The notes below the pieces were generated by a model that saw nothing but the letters and a program-made list of their open reading frames with translations, ran no database searches and was not told the origin of the DNA. The position numbers and the translations under genes are program-made. Positions 25,869-39,299 of a stretch of 64,000 bases of DNA are shown one piece after another. Every line of letters begins with the position of its first letter. Position 1 is the first letter of the stretch. Source of the DNA: Kudoa neothunni (Eukaryota > Animalia > Cnidaria); assembly GCA_964304625.1 (NCBI GenBank), contig OZ199840.1:6575252-6639251 (forward strand). Reading direction: 5' to 3'.

Positions 25869-28536
25869 ATGGATGTGACCCCTTGGGATAACATTGATAG
25901 GACCCGATTATTGACGAAGTTGTTAAAAATACTCTGGTTTTATCGTTTGACGACTAGGATGCAGGGTGGAATATTTCATGGGGTAAATATTGGATTAGAG
26001 TTAGGTGACATTTTTTTATTTTTTAAATTTAGAATTTGGGTTATTTTACGGCTGTAGCGTCAGCATTACTTGCTGTATTGGGCTCGTTCCTCTATCAACA
26101 TATACTCTCATACGATAATGTTTTTCCAGCTATAACCAGTTTGTTCAAGACCAAAATTGGAATTATGGTTTGTGTGCTATGGCGTTCTCTTTTTAAATTT
26201 CTCAACTAGGGTATTTATACAGCTACCCTGATAACGGCATTTCTACTCACTTTACTGTTGTCCAAAATTATTCTTGGAAGATTGACGTTACTTGAAATTT
26301 ATGTAAGTCTTTATTTTTGCAGTTTAACATAGAATATTTCATTTATTTCGGTGTGGTTAGAGCATTTCTACCGTCACAAGCTTTTACATAATTTCGAATG
26401 ATAAATGTTCATTTGATTAAAATATATCTTGTAGGTTATTCACGATAATCTACTTGAAACCTGTATCGAAGTGCTGATGATAACCGCCTTATTTCGAAAC
26501 ATTGCTTCGGAAAAGTTTTTTCTGCCACTAATCCACATGGTAGCGGTTAAATATTTTCATTGGATGTTGAAAGAACGTGTTGGCAATGTATACATTAGAT
26601 GTTTGGATAACTTTGGTGTTAATTATTTGAATATAGATGGATCGATTGCCAGTTGTTTCATTTTCGTATTGTCTACGAATATTGGGTAGTAAAAACTTTA
26701 AATTTATTAGAGTCTAATTAATTGCTTGCGAATTATTAGTGCTGGGGAATATTCTATTTGTTAACGATATCAAATTGGCTAACTATTTCAGTGACAAATC
26801 GTTAGACAGCTCATTTGTTCAGTTTATTTTTTTTGAACAGGTATTATTTATTATTCATTAGTTTTTGTTCAATTGTGTGAGCGCAAAGAATGGGAGTTTT
26901 ATTAAAATATATTCTTTGAAATCGCTAATGTTCATTAACATATAATAGTATTCAATATTGGTCACCTATGTCATTCAAAACATTGCCAAATTTATTCTCA
27001 ACTTCATCAACAATGTCAAAGCCGAACCTATGATTTTTAAATCCACTATTGCTACTTTTATTGACATGATTATTTGTAAGTACACTCAATGATGAGTGCT
27101 AATATGCAAATATGGTGATCGTTTCTTATTAAATTCATTTAGATCTCTGTAGATCCATTATTTATATTATTTTCTGTTTGTTTTTTGCTATGGAACAAAC
27201 TATGCCGCTTTTCATTATTATCCCTCTCATCAAAACTCTAGTGTAAGTAAAAGATTCGATGGTAATGTGATTGAATTCGCTTATTCTTTAGTCATGGCAT
27301 TCAACATTGCTACACACTTGTCAAAACTTACTATGTTTTCTCAGAAATCAACAAAAGGTCAGTTAACTATGTCAACAAACGACTCCAAACTAATTTAATT
27401 CTGAATTATTACCCCTTTTGTTTGTCATATGTTAATTTTAATATCAGCGATTTCAATTTATCGATCAAACATACAATCGATATTAAGGATGAAGTATTTT
27501 TAGTTAAATTTACTATTAGAAGTGGTATTATTTGATAAAAAAATTAGTAAATGTATTAAAAATCTATACAGGATTACATTTGTAAAGAATAGTTTTTACA
27601 TTCTTACTAATGAATCTAACCGGCTGCTGATTTTAAAAAATTTATTATCACTTTTAGATGTCCATTTATGTCTGAGGCTGAAGTGGAAGCTCTTAACGAT
27701 AAAACTTGCATTGTTTGTCGTGAAGACATGGTTGAAGCTAGGAGATTGCCATGCCAACATGCTTTTCATTCTGATTGTCTAATGTTGTGGGTACAAAACG
27801 GCTCCAACTGTCCTACATGCCGCAAAGATATCATTGTATTAGATGTGCATCGAGTTGAGTGTCACATTTTTGTTTAGTCTTCGTCAGATTCGTCTATTAG
27901 TAACGCGCCACCGCCGCCACCACCAGCTGATGAGAATGCACCCGAAAACAATGGTGTTGGTATTAATGAAAATCCCAACGCTCAAGCTATACCCAATTCA
28001 ACTGAAAATACCTCCAACACTCCGATGTCTAATAATGCTAGTAATGAACAACTTTCGGGGCCTTCCTCCAGGCAATTAGAACCACCACCTCAACCCAATT
28101 CAATACTTTCAAACACTATTTCAACTGTTGAAGGTGCTTTTAATTGAGCTTTTATCAGGATGATAACTTGTTTTAGAGGGATTTCCTACAAATTTGAAAA
28201 GTGTTATTCCTATCTATCAAGGTGTGCCTAATCGGTTGCTCGATCTTATTGACAAGAATGAAGAGATTGATTCGTTTTCTGCATTTACATTAAAGTAAAA
28301 TCTGATTTCTCTCAAATATTAGTCGTGTATAACATTCTCCTAGTGATATAAGATTTCTCCTAAAAGAAACAGACTTCTTACTTAATTCTGGAATCGGCCA
28401 TGCATCTACTATAGGGATGGGAGAGAATAATCCAGTCACGAACAACGATAATAAAAGAGAAAAGCTTAAACAAGCTATTAAAAATCTATCAAAAGCTCAA
28501 TCCATCATTCAAGATGAGATTAATAAAATACCATAG
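25869..28536 (+). CDS. SYVN1: ERAD E3 ubiquitin ligase HRD1/synoviolin, multi-exon (alternative start ATG 25959)
   Basis: TM region with ILGRLTLLEI, KYFHWMLKERV, MDRLP, FFEQY, TMPLFII; RING-H2 CIVCREDM...RLPCQHAFHSDCLMLWVQNGSNCPTCR; Pro/Asn-rich tail; C-terminal helix ending TAG 28534-28536. Confidence 0.92.
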
Positions 28537-28690
28537 CCAAACAATTTACGCCATTTTATTTTTTTATGATTTCTGTTCAGCTATTAGTCTCTTTATTTGT
28601 TCACAGCGTAAAATCTGTGATGCATTTATAAGAATGGAGAGTTATGGAGGATTTCTCCGCCCCCATGAACGTTGGATGTGCTGCAGCGAG

Positions 28691-29170
28691 TCACATGTAA
28701 TCCCTCGTCAAATCTTTTTGCTGTAAGGCGTATTCGTCTCGGGGCCAATATCGCTCCAAAATTTATCCCTTTAAACTTCAATGTAAATGGCCTCGTGAGG
28801 TCTGTACGATTATTATCTACGATGTTTCGACGATTCAAACGTTTACACCTAACGATAGTCATAGTTGCACCACTTAGCAATTAGCATAAAATCTGAGGAC
28901 AACTTTTATCACGAGGTAACGATACACAGTGCAGAATCAATGGTTTGACAAAAGATAGGATTGAATTCTTGACCTGATAAAATCACATTCATGCCAACTT
29001 TAGGTGGTGTTGCTACGACAATGTTACTCAAAAAGGTTTTCATATGTTATAAATAACTAGGTCAATATTTCTTAAGCTTTTCGATGCCTCGTAGTATATT
29101 TCGTCAAACCTTCCAAATTTTAGATATTTTATGATTACTCATGGGCTGTGGCTATTGTTATATTGTTGCT
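28691..29170 (-). CDS. possible small multi-exon gene or gene remnant convergent with HRD1
   Basis: GC-elevated micro-exons can be spliced to ...GATMTIVR|PHEAIYIE|QKDLTRDYM*; no start or family identified. Confidence 0.25.
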
Positions 29171-29606
29171 GAGAATTTAATCCTCAACCTGTGGTAGATA
29201 CACTTTCAGGTTGTGGGGATCGTATAAAAACATTATGAGTTGTCAACGGGCTGAAAATCGTAAAACCTGTAGTTAATCCATAAATATTATACAGTAGAGA
29301 AAAAAATAAACCAAATTAAATATGCGAAATCTATTTTATATAATTTTTTCATAATCAAGAATAAAGTTTCTCGTATAAACTCTTAGTAATGCAATTAAAT
29401 CCGAATCAGATAACATCGACCCATTCTTGTTTTAATTTATTTTCCTGCAAACAAAACTTTTCTTGCAAATATAAATAGAGCCAAACATTGAAAATATTTT
29501 GGTCGAAAATATTATCATAAATGGAAAAGTTTTGGATGACATGGTTTTTAGAAATAGATTAGAAATACGTTAAGAAATATTTTTTTTAATTTTTCATTGA
29601 AATGAA

Positions 29607-32572
29607 CCCTCTAAGCTATGAAAAAAATACCACCCTCCAACCAATTTGGGGTAAAAGTCACCACAGACTTTTTTGCTTAAATTTACTTTAAAAAATATTT
29701 TAATTTTATTTGCAAATTATTAAAAAATTCTATCGTAAGAGTTTTGAGAAAACCCGAAATTTCTGCATTACGTGATCGCGCTCGGCTAGCTTCGATTATG
29801 TATCGTACGTTTCCGGAAAAAATTAAACTAAAACAATACTATCAAACGGCCAAAAAACGACATTTTTGAAACAAAATAAACTTTCATAAAATAGTAAAAA
29901 AATGAGAATTCAATTTATGCACAACTTGTACATTTATTCGAAGAATGAAATTTGTAGTAGAATTTACTACAATTCAAACATTTATTGGATGTTTTATATC
30001 ATTTTGGCGTGAGAAAAACACGCAACGTCGTTGTTTTATTTTTGATGATACGTTACTTGAATTATGGATAGATAATGAAGAAGATCTTTTGATGACTATT
30101 TATTTTCATGTTTCTGTTCATCAGCGGCTGGGCATAAGGTCTCGGCCATTTCCTTCAAAAAAGTACGCCTTAATTTCATTTTATCATCATATAGGTTTCT
30201 GTATAAAGCAAAAGCATTTATTAATGATAAGTCGACTATATTGAAAAATACAACCATGTGTCATCTCCTGTTTTTTTTGTTTACAAGGTAAAACCCCTGG
30301 CGCAACTTATTAGGTTGTGGAATTCTGGTTGGTCAGACCTCTTCCATTAACGCTTTAGGCACCGCAGGACGTAACATAAAACCCCGTCGCTTATCTTTAT
30401 GCGGTAGTGTGGGACTTTAATCCACTAAACATCCTCGTCTCAGGGCGATCACCACCCCAAACCCTATCCTTTTACGGACGTTGGCTCTGTGAGGGCCGAA
30501 AATTATTTGCCTTTCGATGGGTTCCGAAAATTCAAACTCCTATTCAGGCTCACCCCATTTCGCGCGAATTTAGTCGCCAATGCATCCCACTCCACAGTGA
30601 GTGTACACGTTAACCACAGATCCCAAATATGGGATAGAGACGAACCGACACCGAAGCAGTAGTCTCAACACCGGCGGATTTGAACCCATTACCTCATGGT
30701 TCTGAGTCCGAGTGTCACACCGATGTGCTATCCGTCCTTGGTATGGGTCATCCCTTGTTAAATCGTCTTACAGAGACAGATGACAACATTCTGTCAGCAG
30801 TGTTCATTCCTCTTTTATTCTGTTGATCCGCAATGTTGTTTGGGGCTTTTTCTTTTCACACTCACTAGAAATGTTCATGTTAATAGTCTCAGTCTACAAA
30901 AGAACCACACATTTCCTTTTCTTGTTAACATGGGAAGTTAACATTTTTTTTTTGAAAAATGCAAAGGTGGTGCTGTACAACTCTCTGTGTTTGGTAGGAA
31001 GAACACATGGCGGTGATTCTCTTTTTTTTTGTCGAATGGTCCCTAGACACGTTAACCATCTCTCTAATAATTTGGTCGCCAACTTTAAGGATGAAATGAA
31101 GCTATCCGCCAAAATCGTTCTTCCGGAATGAAACAACGAGGCTGCCAGTGACAAGACGACACTTTCTCCAACATTACGGCTTCGGTCAGTTTCACCTCCG
31201 TTTTTCCAAGGTATGGAGAAATATTCACGATACAATTATCCGAAGGATCGTCAAGAAGGAAAGACTTCAACCCCTATTTCCCTGGTTTCAATGGCATATA
31301 TTGCCTACATGGACACCTTCCCCTAAAAGATACTAACTGCTCATCAACAATAACATCTTCATTTGGTGAAAAACACATCGGCAATACTTACATCCACATG
31401 TTCCATACATTGCGAATCGGACAAAATTTATCGTTTTCTCTCCGGTGTTCTTTAATGCCCAAGTCATCAAAATGAAGACATCTTAATATTTGCTGAAATC
31501 GGCGATAAATAAAGAGTTACCGATAGATAAACTCTCCTTCAGTGAAACTGAAAAGTTCAGTCAGTGACTCCTCTCTGTCCTTACGAACAGTCATTAATAT
31601 TAGGATTCTCAAGAATCCTTTAAATTCTATTTCATTCAGATCAATCCATGAGCCACGAAATTTAGCTTTTACAAATAAATTTTAAATTTTGTTATTTCTT
31701 CACAAATTTGGGTTGTGACCAATATAACAAAGCAATCCAAAATATTTGTGATCCGTTGCGTAGCGTATGCGGTTGGGCCAGGATAGGGATTCATAATATT
31801 CTCCATAGATGTCCTCGATGAAGTAGGTTTCTTTACTACCCAGAGAATTCCGTTTTTGCTCGTTGTAGCATTAAAGAAAGCTCACTCTCTGAAATTTCGT
31901 CAGAATAGTCCGATGGTTCCAACTAGCAGTCATCCAATTCACTCTCAGAAGATAGGTTTTCATCAAAAAACTCATCAAGGTCACTCATTGTAATTCATCT
32001 CCAGCACCTAGTTTACGTATGAAGTGTTATTCGAGTAGGCCCCTCACTATTATTTTGAGGCATATTTATAATCAGAACTTAATTATCACATTAACGTATC
32101 CTTAAAATCAATAAAAAAATGAAACATAAATATTACTGATCTAGAATTTTTTTAATTAAGAAAACAAGGCTGTTACCCCTGTGGAAAGTCGAGCTATATC
32201 TATCATGGTTTTCGCCAGGAATGCATATTGTCTTCGAAATAGCCGAAGTGGATTACTTGTTATAGTAATTTCGATTTTTCTCAAAATTCTTGCGATAGAA
32301 TTTTTCAATAATTTCCAAATCAAATTAAAATAATTATTAAAGTAAATTTAGGCAAAAAAAGTTTGGGATGATATTTACCCCAAGTTGGTTGGAAGATGGA
32401 TTCTTTTAGGGGGTGATCCAATTAGTTTTTTTTCGTTAAATTTCAATAAATGATAAAATTCACAAGCTTAGGGGAATAGCCTAAATTTTAAAAGAGTTGA
32501 AAAAACGAGCGAGATTTTATGGTCAGAATAAAAGTGTTTTGGGGTGTAATACACCCCAAGTCGGTTAGAGGG
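29607..32572 (-). mobile_element. piggyBac (PGBD4-like) element with decayed transposase (~29900-32063)
   Basis: CCCTCTAAG...GTTAGAGGG termini with TGAA/TTAA flanks; ORF GRTILADSFISSLKLATKLL...CLGTIRQKK is typical of the piggyBac catalytic region. Confidence 0.9.
30271..30742 (-). mobile_element. tRNA-derived SINE, full length, inserted in the piggyBac transposase
   Basis: A box TAGCACATCGG, B box GGTTCAAATCC, A-rich tail; ~15-bp degenerate TSD ATGTGTCATCTCCTG / ATGGGTCATCCCTTG. Confidence 0.85.
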
Positions 32573-33242
32573 TTAAATCAACTCGAACTGTAATTCACTG
32601 GATATCGTCATTAAGTCAGTAGAAAAAGTTGTTACGAAGTTTAATTCAAGTCCAATTTTCTGAATATCTTAATTTTTTTTAACTCAAGACTCAATGTTTG
32701 AAGTTGATTGTAAATGTTGACCGAAAAGATTTTGGAACATTCATTTATCTGGTAAATGAAGGATGATAAAATTTTCCTGCCAGTTTTTTGTTTTGAAAAC
32801 AGACGTAACTTTTGTTGGAATGGTTCAGTTTTTTAAAACATTTTGTATACTAGCAGCCGTTATTGCTGAAGTTTGAAATTTAGTTAATTTAGTTTCTTGA
32901 ATATATCAGTCAAAAACATGAGATTGAACTTCCACTCATCAAACTCAAATCTTTTAACAAAGTTTCAAGTAACGTCTTTTATTTTGAAAAACACATTAAT
33001 TTGAATCCGCAAGTCCTACACTCTCTTACAAATTTTTCCAGGACTGAGTCATCTTACATTTTTATGGTAGAGAATGTTATTATATACGGAATCTAAATCC
33101 TCCAGTAATGATCTGAATAACCTGTGATTTATCGTTTCTGCTTTAATAATAGTCGCTGCATTCACGAGTGGATCTACAACATTTTTAGATTAAATGCAGA
33201 TTTGCACGGGTTTCGTTGGTGCATATGCAGTTAAAAGAATAT

Positions 33243-35224
33243 AAAGTGCAAACGATGCACCTTCGTGTATTAATGTTTGTCGGTGTTTGTGCGAACAGAA
33301 AGCCATGCCTCAATTTTGTTGCAAAACGCAGACGGAATTGATTTTAACTATAAATTTCCGATACAAATTACAAATGAAGCCACATCCATGAGGTTCATAT
33401 GAGACAATTCAATTTTTTAGATATATTGTAGTTGTGACTCTGTAAGTTTTATACTAATGATAAATCAATCCTTCGAAATCAATAAAAAATATCTCATGTT
33501 ATTTACATTACAAAACTGTATTAATAATTTGTTTCATTTCGAATTACATATCGTATCCGAATCAGTATAGCAAGTTCTGGAAAAAATTCAATTAGTATCG
33601 CTGTTTCTAAAAAGTGTGAACATGGGAAAAAAACATCATTTTTTATTATGAGAAACTTCTAAAGATTGTTATTGCATGGATAACGTTACGATTTCATAAA
33701 TGGTTTATTATTGTGAGTTTTCATTCTGAAAAATCTTTTAATCATGTATTTTTTTATTTTATTAAAAAATAAGAAAGAAAAAATTAACGAGAGTAAATTT
33801 TAATATTCCCATAAATTTGAATTTTCACTATAGCTTATTATGGTCGATGAGTAGTCGATTGCGAATTGTAGATTTGTATCTAAAATTTCAATTGCATTTT
33901 ATGCAAATAATAAAGTCAATATTAGATTAGGATATCTCAAATTTGGGTTAAAAGTGCAAGTATTCATTATAAAGATTTTTGGATAATCGACAATTTCCAA
34001 TATCACTAGCAATTTCGAGACTAAGAGGACGATTAGAATTTTGTTTGTTATTCGCCAAACGGTTAACATCTACATCCATTACTTAAATAAAATAACACAA
34101 ACTGCACAGCTCCTTCAGGGATCGGGAAATTTACGAATAGAAAAATCTTTTATAATTACTCAAAAAATTGACTAATTCTATCAACCTAGAGAAGTATATA
34201 TATTATATATTTTATAAGAAAAACATTTAAAAAATAATATCTACTTGTAAAAGTACAAAAATAATAAATAGCATTTATAGAACCAAATGTAGCAAAAAAA
34301 TAAAGTAAACTGTATAGTACATCTGTAACACTATTTCACTTAGAATCTATTTTTAGTACACATTTATTTTGTAAAATACCTTCCTTAAAAATGAGTCTTT
34401 CAAAAATAATTAATTCAATATTTTTTTACTAATTTCAAATGTGATAATGTCAGAAGGTTGACTATATGTTTACATAAAGAATTGATTCATAAAATTTTAA
34501 TAATAAAACGATTATAACTTGTTTTAAATAAAAATAATATAATCAAAAAAATATATTACCTAAAAAATCAATTATTCGATTGTCTTCTAGTTTTAACAAG
34601 TTTATGGTCGATTTAAAAAAAATGATATAGAAGCTAATTTATAATATGTGTAATATTATTGAAAATATGTTAAGTTATATTATTTTAAAGACATAAAATT
34701 TTTAAAAATGTTTTTAAGATGTAAACTTAACTTCTAAGTTAATGTATGGATAATGCAACGGGTTTTAATTGGTTCTTAGAATTTTAATGAAGATTCACGT
34801 GTGTCAATGATGTTGTATTCGGGCTTTCGTAGAAACTTGGAACTTATCATAATTAGCTGAATCCGTGATCTCGCTATTATTTTATTATAAACAATCATGA
34901 AAGCCTATACAACAAACGAGGCACGATAGTGTGTTTTTTAGATTCCTAATCCTACCCTATCAACCCCACCAAGAACGCATTTTCTCCAATGTTAATAAAT
35001 ATTTTCTGATCTATATTTATTTGAATTTAAAAATTAACACCTATTTTAAAATAATTTAGTCAAAATATTTCTATAGTCGATCTTTTGAACCCTTGTTCTC
35101 AAAATGTGAGAGTGACACGAATAAGAAAAAATAACGAAAGTTTCGTCAATGTACGTGAACAAATCACACAATAATCAAGAATTAGGGATTTTAGTCACAA
35201 ACACGAACGAAAATGCATGTCTGA
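33243..35224. mobile_element. unclassified ~2-kb AT-rich insertion inside the hAT transposase
   Basis: The hAT frame stops near 35225 (NPHNTL) and resumes near 33242 (degenerate HCIIHQ-like motif); no ORF or clear TIR in between. Confidence 0.55.
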
Positions 35225-35918
35225 TAGAGTGTTATGAGGATTTCCTTTTCTAATATTGTCATCCAAGAGTTTGAACATTCCAGCATTTTCCCCCGTAATG
35301 ACGGGACACTTTTCGTTATCCACTTATCAATCTGTCCCACAGTAACTCGCTTTTGTCAACTGCGCTGACGACAAATTCAAACAAGACTTCACCACTCGTT
35401 GATTAATCAAAGAGTCTAATGAAGGAAACTCTTTGGTAGTCTGAAATTTCTCATTCACTCCACGCATAAAGATAAGCAATTGAGCTATGTCCCAGATGTC
35501 TGTGCTTTCATCTGATGCCAACGAGTATCGAAAAAAAATGTTTTCCTGATATCCTTCAATTTTTGGTTAAAATATTCACTCAGAATTCTATACTCTTGCA
35601 ATATTCCTTCTTGACAATGAACGGTTTTTAAGTTTCCATTTTATTTCGAGGCACACAGTACTCGCACACTCTATCTTACATTATTCTACAAACCATCGTC
35701 CAAAAATGGTTTTACCCCGCATGCAATATTCAATTCTACCATAAAACTTGCTTTCGATCGGTTGTCGTCAATAACCAATTGGCTTTTTAAACAAATAATT
35801 TTCTTTTTATATTTTTCAACATATTCCAAGATTTTTATCTTGCGCTCTTCTATGGTTAGGTCTCAACCAAGATTTACTTGTTTGCTTCGATAATGACGTT
35901 TCAAATTATATTCCTTAA

Positions 35919-38259
35919 CCCTTTCGCTCCCAATTTTTTTCGATCTGAAAATTATTATCCTACATTAATTATGTTTTCTTTATCAATTTTAATTATTTTT
36001 AAACAAGCCAAATTATTTATTTGGAATATATGCTTAATTTTTCAACTGTTCCATATATGGGACAATGGGAATATAAGGAAGTAATAATGTGGTGTGCGCG
36101 CGCACCCCGGATATTTTATTGATTCAAATAATTATACATTTTTTTCTTTATGATATTGAAAAAAACAATTTCTCTCAGCGGTTAAACAACAGTATGAGTT
36201 GTATTTCATACAACATATTCTAGTTTTCATTTGACAAACGCGACACCTAGACCTGTCGGTACGTATCCCAGAATAATGACCTACGTCATCAAACCTGATT
36301 TGGTCGGTAAGCTGCACTTTTTTTGTACTGAAATCATTACCTTCGGTTTCAAGGAGGGTTTTAGATGGTCTTCCTCTTTTTTTGTAAGGGCGATTTTTTT
36401 GTAAAATATAAGATTTTCACATATACTTAATGAAAAATCGAACAAATCTAAAATATTCTTATTCGGTACATTTCTAACAGCGCAATTTCGTCGGTATAGT
36501 ATCCAAGAATTGATTATTGACGTGTTCGAGCAACAGAAGAAAATTCGATGATAATATTTCTTGCATTTATGTTGCATAACATAAAGCGACATCAACATAT
36601 CAGAGAGGTCAACCCCTCCCATGTTTTTATTATATTCGTTGACAACTGCTGGACAAGTTACCTCTATTATTCTTTTCTTGGATCGGTCAAATCTTCTTGT
36701 AAATGCAACAGGCTCAATTGAGGAATGGGTAGAAGAGAGGGTGACAACAGAGCTATCAAACCAACGTGTAAGATATATACCGTTTTTAGAATTTCCGACA
36801 TGGTCATATGAGCCGCGTCCTAATTTCTTGAGCTCTTTGTCGGTCATCAATGAAGATCCTTTCACTCTATTTGAGCGTATCGTTCCAACCGAAAAAATAT
36901 TTCTTTTCTTTACAAAAATTTGGAGTGGGATAGAAGTAAATCAATTGTCAAAATAAGCATAGTGGTTACTGTCTGCAGGCAAACTTTCACAAAGCTTAAT
37001 AACAAAATCACCGGATGTAAGTCCACAACTTCTACGCACATTTGGTTTATTTCCATCATAGAGGTGAAAATCGTATACCAAGCCACTAACACCACATTTG
37101 GCAAACATTTTGAAACCCCATTTTGTCGGTTTTTTCGGAATGTATTGCTCATCTATAGAATTATTCCTCTCACATTCTACTTTCAGGCAGGCTTCTCTGA
37201 TCGAATTTAGTAAAGGGCGAATTTTTGCAAATTTATCATATTTGGGAGAGTTTGGGTTGGTCACAATGTTGGTATCATATATGAAGTGTAATTATTTCGA
37301 CATTGCCTCGAAGCGATTTCTCGAAAAACATTCAGTAACAATGGGATATTGCAAGAGTTTTGTCCAGTAACACCTATATCTGGGCATTTTAACTATGCCC
37401 ATGATAATCAAGATACCAAGATATTTTTGAATTTCTTCAATATCGGTTTTGAAACAGGAATTTTGCTGAACAGCATATAAATTTGTCTCTAAGACAATAT
37501 TTTCGAAGAGATCATTGCCAAAATAGAATTTAAAGTAGTCTATCGGCATAACCAGATTTTCCAACTCATCAAAATTTGTGGTAGATATCTCTAATCCATT
37601 TTCTATATTTAGTGGAACAAGATCTTTTTGAAAATTGAAATCTGGCAATATATCATCGTCATCATCGGAACTTTCAGAATTTTGAGTTTGGTCATAATTT
37701 TCGCCACGCGTAATAATAGTTTTCCAAAAAAGACGCGTCTTCGATATCACAAATAATGTCTGGTTCCGAAATATCTGCATCAGGAAAAATAACGACCTCT
37801 GTCAAGGCTTTTCCCTCATCATCAGTTTTGAAAACTAGGTCATGATCCATTATCCCAATCTTCGGCGTTCCTCGAAATCCCATTGTCCCCTATATGACAC
37901 ATGACCCACGTGAAGTTTATTTGATTAATTATTAATTTATCATTTTTTTATTGTAGTTATAATGTATTTAAAAATTTTATTTATTTATATATTATAAAAA
38001 AATTATCGTATATTTATTATACTATATTCATGGTATATTAATCAATCACTTATCGTCACATTGCCTTAATGGAAAGCGATGATTTAAATGTTTATTATAA
38101 TAAATATCATTTTATTACTTAATTAATGATGGAAATATAATATTAATATCAACAAGTAGAGATTAATTATTCACATTTAGAGTATGGTAGTGGTGAACTG
38201 AAATCGTAAATAATGTATAAATTGTTTGTCCCACCGATGGGACATTGGGAACGAAAGGG
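35919..38259 (-). mobile_element. piggyBac (PGBD3-like) element; transposase 36132-37883, frameshifted
   Basis: TTAA-CCCTTTCGCTCCCAAT...ATTGGGAACGAAAGGG-TTAA; motifs SIDEQ, PKKPTKWGFK, YFDN, YNKNMGGVDLSD; C-terminal Cys-rich RCRVC...NCFFQYH. Confidence 0.93.
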
Positions 38260-39299
38260 TTAAAAGTGGAAATTGTTGTATGACACAACAATCCCCGCCT
38301 TTTTATTATTTTACAATATAAAATATATTTATTTTTGGGTCTATTTATCATTACACGTGCGGTATTCATTTAAAATGATACGTTTTATTGCATCCATTAT
38401 TAGTAGGTATTAAAAAAGCGCGGCGTTATGAAAATGGCAAACAATAATAACCTCATAATCTAATATTTGTAATGATAATACAACAAATCAAAAATTTTAC
38501 CCCTTAAATCATATAAATGTTAAGGTTGGAATCGACTATTTTTGATATTTTCCTCCATCGAATTAATTGACAATTTTGAGTGATATATCGTTATCGATAG
38601 TAGCACAATACACCTCGTCCAAAAAATTAACTGTGACGATACACTTTCTTCAGTTAATAATAATATGAAGCGATAAAAAATAAGAACAAATAATTATATT
38701 TAATTCCAAACATAATGCATTTTATAATGAACCATTCAGTGTTATGATCTATTTTGTTTATCATCAAATGTTAATTTTTCGTTTTATCCGAATTCATAAA
38801 AACATTTCCAACATGGTTTTCAATAAAAATTCGTCGATTATTTATTTTGACACGTAGCAATAAGTTGGAACCAAGTTTCAATATTTTAAGAATATGATCA
38901 TTGGTCGTTTCATCGTCATATTTTTAACACGTTGAAAATGTTCAAATAAATTATACGAAAATAATAAATACTTTTATACACTAATTTAAAATAATGTTAT
39001 TTTAAAATATTTCGTAAATTATTAGAAAGATTCACAAGTTCTACAAAAAATAATAAAACTAATTTGAGTTCGTTAACAATAAATTATAACATAAATTAGT
39101 AAATGAAAACACAAAATCAGGGTTTTTATAAATTTTAATGAAAGACAATTTATTACGTGAATTAAGTATTTTCCACTTTTTTATCAAATGTAATTAAAAC
39201 TTTAAATTTTATACTTATTTATCAATAATTAATTTAGAAAATTGGAACGAACTTTGTCGTCAATAATATAATTTTGTATTTATTTAAATTTATGACCCA

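Larger units (their letters stand above)
29350..38397 (-). pseudogene. hAT (GTF2IRD2/Charlie-type) transposase split into four pieces (~38264-38397, ~35225-35914, ~32577-33242, ~29350-29602)
   Basis: Rejoined pieces read LLCHTTISTF|KEYNLKRHY, SDESTDIWDIAQLLIFMRGV, INHRLFRSLLE, VR*LSPG, SELQFELI|..FQ, FSMFGSIYICK, LSDSDLIALLRV; the frame is continuous across both piggyBac TTAA sites. Confidence 0.85.
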
